Shown: piece after piece, positions 51,401 through 61,300 of the stretch | Position numbering within the stretch: position 1 is the first letter of the stretch | How the letters are laid out: the number at the start of each line of letters is the position of its first letter | Assembly: GCA_903813345.2 (NCBI GenBank) | Contig: CAIIXF020000001.1 | Coordinates: forward strand, 48,484,001-48,548,000 | Direction of reading: 5' to 3' | Origin: Owenia fusiformis | Lineage: Eukaryota | DNA: 64,000 nucleotides | Position numbers and translations under genes: made by a program | Notes under the pieces: model-generated | Seen by the model: only the letters and a program-made list of their open reading frames with translations | Database searches by the model: none | Told to the model about the DNA's origin: nothing

Positions 51401-54400
51401 TTGCTTACTGTGTATCTATCAGTAGTCTATTTCTAGTCACACTTTCCTCAAAGTAAAGCTGTTCTAATTCATTGCTGGCCAAAGCTATTTTTGGCAATTT
51501 TCAGCAATGAGTTAAACCATATATACAAATATATATTGGTTACTCAATAAGACAGTAAGGAATATTACAGTAAATAATAAAATATTTCATTCTTTGTTTT
51601 CTGTCACTTTCACAAACAAACTATTCCCCAATCTTTAGGCTCAATAGAAAGAAATATAGTAGATGAGTAACTAGATAATTAATTAAATATATACACGTAT
51701 GTCTTTTCTAAATTGCAGCAACAAGGTTCAATCTGGAAACTGAGTGGAAAAATACATTCCCTAAACTCAGGCAGCTTGATAGAGTAAGTATTTCATCTTT
51801 AAAGCAGTTTGATATGTCATTTTTTCTACTGAATACAAGTAATAGTCTTTTAACTTGGCTATCAAACAAGTATGTCTCATTTTAATACAGTAAAGCATGA
51901 AATACCTGTAAAAGTGAAACACCTCATAAGTGGAAAACTATTTTGAGGTGCCCACTTAACCATGCTTTGCTTTACTTCGACATTTGTCAGAGTAATCTAG
52001 CATATACTGGTACATCTTGTTTAATATGTATGGCATTTGTACTTTTTTGCATTGTTCTTTCCAGGAGGAATTATTTGAAAAAGCAAGAGGTGAAATCTTG
52101 GATGAAGTGATCAATCTAAGTCAGGTCTCTCCTAAGCAATGGTATGTATACTCTACTCAGACTACTCATATGTATACAGCAGTTGATTATTAAGTAAAAC
52201 ATTTACGATCAGGCCCGCAGCCAGCTTTTTGTCAAGGGGGATTCACTTTTCAGAAAAATTCATGGGGGGTTCACTTGACAAATTTTGATTCAAAATCACA
52301 TGAAAAATGCTCAGAATCATGAAAAACTGCATAATTTTGAAAGAATTTTTAGCCAGCTCAAACCCCCTGGCTACGGGCATGACCCTGCTTAATAATGCTT
52401 TGGAAGAGAAATTCAAAAGATACGCCAATGTTACTCTTTCAATCCTTTTCATATCATATGGAAAAGTATTGTGTTATCTGATCATATATGGAGGTTATTC
52501 TAGATTTATAAATGATTGTTTTGCACGTTGCATTGTATTTTTTTAACCCTTTCACAACGTGAATATAAAAGGAAAATGTTGGCCCTGATGATGGATAAGT
52601 AAGAGCAGTTTTTAGGGGAAAACTGCAAATTACCTATGCCCGGGGACCTGTACCTTGAATTTTATCACTGAAATACAATTTTTAGTAAGAATTATTACAT
52701 TAGAACAACTTGTCAAAATTTGGTGTAAAAATATTGAATAGAACTGGAGATATTGTCATTTCATTGATGTATATAAATAAAAATAATGGTGCCAAAAGGA
52801 GCTGATTGTCCTGAAAGGTATTACATAATGGGGCTCCATATGGAGCCTATAACACTGAAAGGGTTAAATTGTTGTCCTATGTGTTTGGCTCTTAGAGGCA
52901 GAATCAGAGATATAGGGGATGACAAAATTACAACATGTAGAATTCATCTGTCATGTTGTTCTTTACCATCCCATGAATATTATTTCTCAAAACATCCTTA
53001 ATTTCATTTTCATATCAGATATCATATAGTGATGTTATTTAACACATAAACTTTGGGGAGTTTTAGCAAATAGATTAGAATTATCAAGCATCCCCACATT
53101 TGTTTTGATTGCCGGACTAGGTACTCAGATCACGAAATATTGTATTTCAGTTCGGTTCCGGAACATATTAATCCGACCTTTCACATATATGATTAGTCAG
53201 CCTGTAAATTATAGTAGGCAATTGTGTACTGAATTCTACATGTGAATTTAATATAATTTTTCTGATTTTTTCCAGTTGTTTTAATACTTTATTCCTGTGG
53301 ACAATAAGTGGTCCATCCCAGGGGGGGAGATTTTCCAAAGATGCCCTATCATATTAGCACGTTCGAAAACAAATTTTATAAACAGGCCTCAAATTGCCAT
53401 TGAAATGGATCTCCAAATGTTCACTGTAGCTTTATGAGTATTCTCTACAAGTATGGATCGAGTAACTATAATAGTATTACCGTAGGTTTGAAATGATGAT
53501 GTTGAACTGATGTTAACGCCATTCCCAGGATTTCAAATTTAACTCTGCGCATGCGCAGCACTGAGAGAGCACGTGCTCATGATTGTTCACGTGATCGAAT
53601 CCTGCAATTTGATTGGAGATGATATAAGAGATGATGTAATGGGGAATCCCCGAATACGATAGAATATGAAAGAATTATGGGAGCTACTCACTCCTCCTGG
53701 GTCCATCCCTAAATTAAATGCTAGAAACTAACCTGCTCTGGAAAAAATTGTTTCAAAACATTTGTAAGGAATGACATAAGAAATTGGATTTAGAATTGAA
53801 ACTGTTTTTAGGAAGGTTGGTCGCTAGATCTGATTCTGACTTTAATTCCACACAATCATCTTTGCTTAGTGGGGTGTGTGGTAAAATGTTGTTTCATGAA
53901 CTAAAATGTATAAAATCATACATTTTATTGTTCAAAAACCCAATTGGCAATTTCAGAAAAGTAGTGCACAATAAGTTTTACATGTACAGTCTTTTTAAAA
54001 CCTGTAGTATATTTGTGTTTTATGTTTATAAAGGGAGGAAGCATTCTCTAGGAAACTATGGGACAGAATGTCAGAACACGTGTTTGAGTCCATATACCTG
54101 CCTGCTGCCCAGAGTGAAAATATAGGGTAAGATAACAAACATTGTGCTATAATAGACATTGTAAGATAACAGTTATGTAGGATAACAGACATTGTATGAT
54201 AACAGACATTGTAAGATAACAGATATTACTATTTCTTTTTATAAGGGAATCATGCAACTCCAATTATAATTGAAATACGGTAGCCATACATAGTGATCCT
54301 AAGATAATTCCTTTTTATCCCTTGGTTTTCAACTGTTCCTTTCAGTATTCCATGTAAATTTATCCCATCGAACGAAATTCGAATATTTTGGCTATTCTGA

Positions 54401-57320
54401 AAAATTGGTAAAAGGATTTTGTAAAAATGTCAGCCATGGCTGGGCTGATGGGATTTGCTACGCTTTGGCATTGCTGTGATCTAGTTTCACTAGGTTTCCC
54501 TAGATATGATCTTATTTTTAGACAAATGATTTTAATTGTGCATTTGTTTCTAGGACATTCAACACAACAGTTGACATCAAGCTGAAACAATGGGCAGACA
54601 AGGTGCTACCCAAGAAGTGTGTTACAGTAAGTAAATAAAGATAGCCTTGGGCAGTCTTACAGTCTTTTTAAGTTGTATTATTCCAAATTTCATTTGGGAT
54701 CTAGTGGAACCCTCTGTCTGGAAAAAAACTCAAATACTAGTGGATGGATTTTTCATATTTGATGGAGAGATGTATATTGGAGAGTTTTACACAATAGCTG
54801 TCACTTTAAAAATGGCACAAAAAGCTAAGGTTTTCATTTCCAACCAGAGTGAGTACTACTGTTTGAAATTTTGGTAGTATATCCATAAATTGTGTCTATT
54901 TCCTATACATGTATATTTCATGTTTTTCAGCCCAACCCCCAGGAGCTGTGTAGGGGGGTTGAGAAAACATAAGTCTTTGTTAGTTTTTAGAGCGTAGATC
55001 TCACTGTGTCTTTTTATCTGCAAATTGATGGTTTTCACAGACAATAGACATGTCTCTTAAACCCTGCCATCTTTTGGTACATCAAAGAAAGAATGTCATA
55101 TTGGCTAGAATGATGATGTGATTGGTTGTACTTTTTCAAAATTAGCCATAAGTTATAACATATTTTTGCTTTGACTTTGCTTGGAAAGATTGCTACCTAT
55201 ATAACCAATGACATCATCAATCTAGCCAATATGATGTACCAAAAGATGGAAGTTCTGTTGTAAATATTATATTCTGAGTTATTTCAGATTCATGAATATT
55301 TTTTTATGGGACTTGTTACTCCATGGAGCTGCCATTTGCTATTTACATTGCTTCTATTTATATGAACTTATACATCACTCCTATCAGGAACAAGGTTGGG
55401 GATACAGAGCCATTTATGCCAATGTAATACCCTCAGCTCTGGTGATTTGTAGGCCATTAATGACTACTCTGCAATTATATCATTTCAACCCCCTCCCTTT
55501 CCAAAAGCAACCCCACTGACCTGTATGGTACAATTGCAGTATTCAGTTTTTAAAACATTTATCTAATACTTGATTCAACTCTGGTGTTTTATAGGTCGGT
55601 TGGGAAACATTACAGGAAGAATTCAATAGATTTGTAGTCGAGAACCAGAAAAAGCGAGAGCATGATACAATATTTGATGAGCTCCAAGTTGCTGTGATAA
55701 AAGACGCATTAGCAAAGCATAGGTGGGATCAAAAGGCAGAGGACAGTTTGGTACGTCTAAGTGTTATTATTCTCATAAATAGAGTAAGCATATAATAGTA
55801 GTGGATGGATTTTTCCATATATAAGCAGATATTCAATTTATTTCATCATTTCATGTATCTGATGCCTTGTCAGTTCCCTTAATGGCATTATAGACAAAGT
55901 AGTTTTTTTATGAAAATGTTAAATCTTTAAAACTGTAATCCAGTTAAGTGTCAATTTTGGATTCTTAAGAGTGATTTCCTATGTTTTTCTTTGTATATTC
56001 TACAGCGTGTGATCCAGTTGAATGCTCTTGAAGACAGATCCGTACATGATAAAGTGCAATGGGACTCTGCTGTCACCTTCATGGAAGACTCCCTCAAAAG
56101 GAAACTCTCTGAGAGTGAGTAGTAGATGATTATTCAATTCATGTAGTTAAGACATTTATAAATGAGTCACTAAAAAGAGATAGGAATCTTGCTGCATTAT
56201 ACAAGTGATAGCCTTTGTGTCAGAATGTCAATGTTATTTTTCTTCATGAAAGTGATTCAGTGAAAAGATGATTCCCCTTTCTTTTTTGTTTAAGTAATTT
56301 GACAATGCAATGGCCATTGCATTCTATTTTCAGTATTTTTTAGCTTCACGGAAAATGACCTTCGCACAAGTGACATAATTTTAGTAAAAATAAATTCTAG
56401 TATTCAGATCATCCCACCTATGGCTTTACAATAAGAGTTGCAGTCACTTTCAGGTTCAGTCAGACTTTTAGTAAAGCATTTATCTCAATATACATATATA
56501 TGATAGGGCCTGACATACATTAGGCATCTTGAATTTGCTGAATGCTTGTTTTTATGATACTCTTAAAGAGGGGTAGTTAAAGATACAATATTGGAATGTT
56601 TAATTCAATAGATAAATAGGACAATCGATCATTGATCTACTACTATGTGTGTACTTGTTCACATTAATTGATAAATAGTACTGTATTTTGTGTTCTTATT
56701 TCATAATTGTTCAGCTGATAAAAAGGTTGAGGAGATGGTAGGGCCAAGTACAACTGCCCAATGGGTGCAATGGAAATCGAAAAGTCAGGAACAGAAATCA
56801 AGAACTGCCACAAAGAATGAGCTTGATAAACTATTGGGCACTGGAAATGTAAGATGTTTTTTGTTTTATTAATTTTCATAGTTTCTAATTGTGATATTAT
56901 TTTCTAAATGCATATAGGCCCATATGTTTTACTAAATAACATTTTCTGATTTTATCAGGTTTCAAAATAAGCTAAAAGAATGGTTTTAGTGTTTCTAAGT
57001 AATGTACAATTCAGAAATCCATGTACTATAGACACACCTCTTGGTAGCGCCACTGTTATGAATCGTGTAGTTTCTAAATAAATGATTAATTTGTATCAGC
57101 AAAATGCAAATGATTATGATATAGATAGCTAATTTTGTTTTTTCAATACAAAAATCCAAATGATTATAATTTGTGTCATTTATGATACATAACAGATAGA
57201 TAGCTAATTTTGTGTTTTCTATACTTCTTTTAGCAACGATCACCTGCACTTAGCAATGATGAGATTACAACAGTCAGGAAAAACCTAGAAAATAATGCAG
57301 TAGATGTCACCAATGACTTT
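33460..57320 (+). CDS. OPA1: Dynamin-like GTPase OPA1, mitochondrial (3' exons beyond window)
   Basis: Exons 33460-33467, 33727-34057, 34269-34400, 34615-34708, 35878-35916, 36693-36784, 38280-38336, 38496-38603, 38895-38981, 39271-39347, 39716-39908, 40121-40192, 40353-40452, 40649-40779, 42440-42585, 49372-49487, 51719-51783, 52065-52141, 54034-54126, 54554-54626, 55595-55750, 56006-56114, 56715-56848, 57234-57320, phase-consistent. Motifs [91 protein letters not shown]. The small exons at 35878 and 36693 are less certain. Confidence 0.95.
35032..35479. mobile_element. Tc1/mariner-type MITE
   Basis: TA-CAGGGTGAGGTAAAAAAGGTAACCCAAA ... TTTGGGTTACCTTTTTTGGCTTATCCTG-TA. Confidence 0.7.
37097..37721 (+). 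mobile_element. Helentron/HINE-like element, divergent subfamily
   Basis: TTATTATCCCAACGAACGAAGTTCGGTAGGGATATAG, (GTCC/GTCT)n microsatellite, 3' TTCGTTGGGATTTGCTACTCCGCGGAGTTGCC stem-loop. Confidence 0.7.
41472..42383. mobile_element. Non-autonomous DNA transposon with sub-terminal 18-bp repeats and 7-bp TSD
   Basis: Direct flanks CATAGAA (41465-41471; 42384-42390); GG..CC ends; GTACCCAAGACAAC-type 18-mers x3 at left and inverted at right; AT-rich core. Confidence 0.75.
43036..46859 (-). CDS. Secreted ficolin-like protein (signal peptide, coiled-coil, collagen-like stalk, fibrinogen-related domain), nested in an OPA1 intron
   Basis: Exons 46859-46596 ([20 protein letters not shown].. + heptads), 46453-45538 (~34 x GPKGDQGTA), 43685-43036 ([74 protein letters not shown]); phases 0/0 and 1/1 match. 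Confidence 0.85.
43854..44562. mobile_element. Palindromic MITE with ~250-bp TIRs
   Basis: CCATGTGCAGTATGGCAAGTGATTT..CACCATGAGTA / TACTCATGGTG..AAATCACTTGCCATACTGCACATGG. Confidence 0.8.
44722..45012. mobile_element. piggyBac-like MITE
   Basis: TTAA-CCTCTTGACTACCCAG ... CTGGGATTCAAGAGG-TTAA. Confidence 0.6.
45075..45327. mobile_element. Small MITE-like element
   Basis: TGAGCCAAGCCACAGGAAAAGGGGTCTTATCACA / TGTGATAAGACCGGTTTTCCTATGGTCAGGCTCA imperfect inverted termini. Confidence 0.5.
45538..46453 (-). repeat. 27-bp coding tandem array (collagen-like GPKGDQGTA, ~34 copies)
   Basis: Minus-strand unit GGACCTAAAGGTGACCAGGGCACTGCT, highly homogeneous at DNA level. Confidence 0.95.
47014..48330 (+). 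mobile_element. Helentron/HINE (DINE-1/Pearl-like) non-autonomous element with internal tandem repeats
   Basis: 5' TTATCCCATCGAACGAAGTTCGGAGGGATATAG, (CCGT)n microsatellite 47056-47110, about five 134-148-bp internal repeats (TATAACTCGAAAAGTAGTGGAGCGATTTTGTTCATATTTGG..), 3' sub-terminal IR TTCGATGGGAT plus GCTACGC..GCGTTGC stem-loop. It lies ~150 bp upstream of the ficolin-like ATG. Confidence 0.8.
52547..52863. mobile_element. piggyBac-like MITE
   Basis: TTAA-CCCTTTCA ... TGAAAGGG-TTAA. Confidence 0.55.
54127..54227 (+). repeat. 17-bp tandem array beginning at an OPA1 donor site
   Basis: GTAAGATAACAAACATT GTGCTATAATAGACATT GTAAGATAACAGTTAT GTAGGATAACAGACATT GTATGATAACAGACATT GTAAGATAACAGATATT. 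Confidence 0.85.
54360..54485 (+). mobile_element. Minimal HINE-like element (termini only)
   Basis: TTATCCCATCGAACGAAATTCG ... GATGGGATTTGCTACGCTTTGGCATTGC, the same ends as 47014-48330. Confidence 0.65.
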
Positions 57321-57361
57321 GTAAGTTGATTAAATTATTTTGTCACCACCACAAATATATA

Positions 57362-57586
57362 CTGTAAATGCCCAAATTTTCAAGGTACCCTAATTTTCAC
57401 TATATTCGCTGAAGAGGCTAGACGGTGGAATTAAAGGCACAGTGAATATTTGATTTAACATTGAATTTAACAATTGAATTTTAACATTGGATATTCCTTC
57501 AAACAGTGGAATTTAATGCCAATGAAACATTTCAGATTGACAAAATAGTGAAAAAATTTTGTCAGCGAAAATTTGGGCTTTTACAG
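57362..57586. mobile_element. Short TA-flanked MITE
   Basis: TA-CTGTAAATGCCCAAATTTTC ... GAAAATTTGGGCTTTTACAG-TA. Confidence 0.65.
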
Positions 57587-58310
57587 TATGTAATTGGTGT
57601 TATAAGTGGTGGGATATTGGTAAAATCTCCAACCTATATGTAGACGATGTTCGGCAGTCAGCATCTAGCAGTTGACATTCAGCAATTGGTGTTTGGCATT
57701 CAGTGACTGTAACAAATGGCAGGTGGTGACATTTTGCATGTTAATACCATGTGTTTAATTTTCAATCAACATGTTATAGTATATCTGATTTTGGATTGCA
57801 TTAAAAGCTTGATCATTTTTTTATTTTCTACTCTGAAAGGCAATGTTAACAATGAGACAAATGTGTCAGTTTCATTGTCTATTTAACGTCTTTGAAATTT
57901 CAGAGAAATGAAAAGCTAAATTTGTCACTGTAAGAATTGGCATTTAATTTGCTCTTTTGTATCTCATTGAGAACTTGATTCATCTTAAAGCTATTATTTT
58001 TATGACTCTCGGAGGTCACATTGTTTGTGTACGTAGTTTACATTTGTAATTTGACATTCATTAATTACTAAGCCCAGGCTGGTAGCTAGTTTTTTCCAAG
58101 GGAGGCTTCACTTTTTAAAAAATTCCAGGGAGGGGTTCACGTCATTTGACCATTCTGAGCCAATGATGAAATTGTGCATGATTTTGAAAGAATTTTTGGC
58201 CAGGGGGAGTGCTTGGACGGTTTGAAGCCCCCTCCCCACCTCCTTTTCCTTGAAGTCAAAATGTTGAATGGTCCATCAAGGAAACCTCAGATTTATACTG
58301 TCAAGATATG

Positions 58311-61300
58311 TTAGTCCCTGAGCAAGCATACATCGAAAGGATATGGTCCTGTTGTGCTGCTATCTGGCAATGGTTTGAGAGTAGGTAATTCGGCACCTTC
58401 AGGGAGCGCCAGTGTATACCTCTGTAAGATAGCTGTGGAGAAGAGAAATATTTCCATCCTAGCGAGTGATTCTCCTAGACATTTTCTTTTCCCTGCAAGT
58501 ATAGGCCAATCTTTCATATTTTCTCATATGTGCATTCACATCGTGGCAATGAACCTATATATATGACGCTATTGATGTGAAAGGGTCAATTTTGCTCAGA
58601 AGCTCGAAACGGTAGAACATTCAAACATGTCATCAGGAAGTTATAAATTAAACTCCCACCAAAGTGGAGCAACTTTTATGATTGGATATCCAATGTTCAT
58701 CACAAGTCTATATATTACATGGCCAGTCTGTGTGGCAATGCCATTACAGCAATTAACATAGGATTTTATCCTGTGTTTGATATTAACTTGATATAGAGGC
58801 TGCATAATTGCCAGATTTGTACCTAGGGATCAGTAATTTGTTTTTTGTTTATGATGCAACCTGGTACAAAGTATTTCTGTGAATAAAGTTTGTAAATGAC
58901 AAACACTCTTCCAGTAGAGCTCATAAAGTTCAGAGATTCAAACTGAATAAAATTATTTTCAATGAAATATAATACTTGACATTTTACTTGTTAGATATGG
59001 AACAATGTAGGGAGCTGTATATGACCCTTTAGTGGCATCAATTAACTTTCATTTGAAAATAACCATGAAGAATTAATTGCAAAATGTAGCGAATAAATAA
59101 AAATGTATGTACAAGTGCCAAAAAAGGAAAGTGCCAAAGGAAAGGAAAGTGCCAAAAATAGTATAAAAAGAAATGGCACTTGTATGGATAGTTATGATAG
59201 CTTCAGTCTAGTTGTGAAGTTATAAATGTTTACCTGTAGAAAATGTCAAGATGTGGTCATCTAGGTGAAATTTTCCATTTTCATCAAGGAATCTTTCAGG
59301 CCTAAACACATGTGGGTCCTTCCAGTAATCTGGATCATGGTGCACTGCGTACATGTTAGCATGGAAGGTTGTTCTTGGTGGATAAATGTAATTCTGAAAT
59401 ATAACATACACGTTAGCATGGAAGGTTGTTCTTGGTGGATAAATGTAATTCTGAAATATAACATACACATTAGCATGGAAGGTTGTTCTTGGTGGATAAA
59501 TGTAATTCTGAAATATAACATACTGTTAGCACGAATGTTGTTCTTAGTGGGTAGATGTACTCCTGAAATAGAACATCACGGATCGTGGAAGGTTGTTCTT
59601 GATGGGTCGATGTAGTCCTGAAATAGAACATCACGGATCATGGAAGGTTGTTCTTGCTGGGTAGATGTACTCCTGAAATAGAACATCATGGATCGTGGTA
59701 GGTTGTTCTTGGTGGGTAGATGTACTCCTGAAATAGAACATCACAGATCGTGGAAGGTTGTTCTTGGTAGGTAGATGTACTCCTGAAATAGAACATCACA
59801 TATCATGGAAGGTTGTTCTTGGTGGGTAGATGTACTCCTGAAATATAACATCACAGATTGTGGTAGGTTGTTCTTGGTGGGTAGATGTAGTCCTGAAATA
59901 GAACATCACGGATATATGAAGGTTGTTCTTGGTGGGTAGATGTACTCCTGAAATAGAACATCACGGATATAGGAAGGTTGTTCTTGGTGGGTAGATGTAC
60001 TTCTGAAATATAACATCACAGATTGTGGAAGGTTGTTCTTGGTGGGTAGATGTACTCCTGAAATATAACATCACAGATTGTGGAAGGTTGTTCTTGGTGG
60101 GTAGATGTACTACTGAAATATAACATCACAGATTGTGGAAGGTTGTTCTTGGTGGGTAGATGTACTCCTGAAATATAACATCACCGATTGTGGAAGGTTG
60201 TTCTTGGTGGGTAGATGTACTCCTGAAATATAACATCACCGATTGTGGAAGGTTGTTCTTGGTGGGTAGATGTACTCCTGAAATATAACATCACCGATAT
60301 TGGAAGTTTGTTCTTGGTGGGTAGATGTACTCCTGAAATAGAACATCACGAATATAGGAAGGTTGTTTTTGGTGGGTAGATGTACTCCTGAAATATAACA
60401 TCACAGATTGTGGAAGGTTGTTCTTGATGGGTAGATGTACTCCTGAAATATAACATCACAGATTGTGGAAGGTTGTTCTTGGTGGGTAGATGTACTTCTG
60501 AAATATAACATCACAGATTGTGGAAGGTTGTTCTTGGTGGGTAGGTGTACTCCTGAAATATAACATCAAATATTGTGGAAGGTTGTTCTTGGTGGGTAGA
60601 TGTACTCCTGAAATATAACATCACAGATTGTGGAAGATTGTTCTTAGTGGGTAGATGTACTCCTGAAATATAACATCACGGATCGTCGAAGGATGTTCTT
60701 GGTGGGTAGATGTACTCCTGAAATAGAACTTACATGATAACATGGAAGCTTGTTTTTTGTGGATAGAAAGTTAGTTACTTCAAACAACAATAATAACACA
60801 TGCACATGTACTTAAAGGAACATTCCTGGCCAAACCTTTTCTATCCTGATGTGATAGCTACAATCATATATATATATACTTTCCATATTTAGCAAAACAC
60901 CAGAAAATGTTTTAACATAGTCAATATTGATAATTTAAAAATATAGTGATCATTTCCAGTAAGCTGCCATCTTTTAAGATTTTACTCAGGAAGTGATGTC
61001 ATCGACTCTCAACTTCCATGACTTTGCATATAACAGTATAAGGAAGTAGCACAAAAACACTTCTAGACAAGTGGTTCTTACTTTATGTGCAAACATATTT
61101 TCAGAGTTTGTGAGCTTAGAATAATAGAAGAGACTTATAGAAGGATTAAACCATAGACAAAATTGAAAAAAAATGCACAGCTGGTTTTTGTAATTCTTAA
61201 TAGCTCCTTATAATGTTATATGCAAAGTTGAGAGTCGATGACATCACTTCCTGAGTGAAATGCTAAAAGATGGCAGCCTACTGGAATTCAGCACTACATT

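Noticed and set aside
59355..60770. CRISPR-like array
   Set aside because: No unique spacers, eukaryotic intron context and no cas genes; this applies to all arrays in the window.
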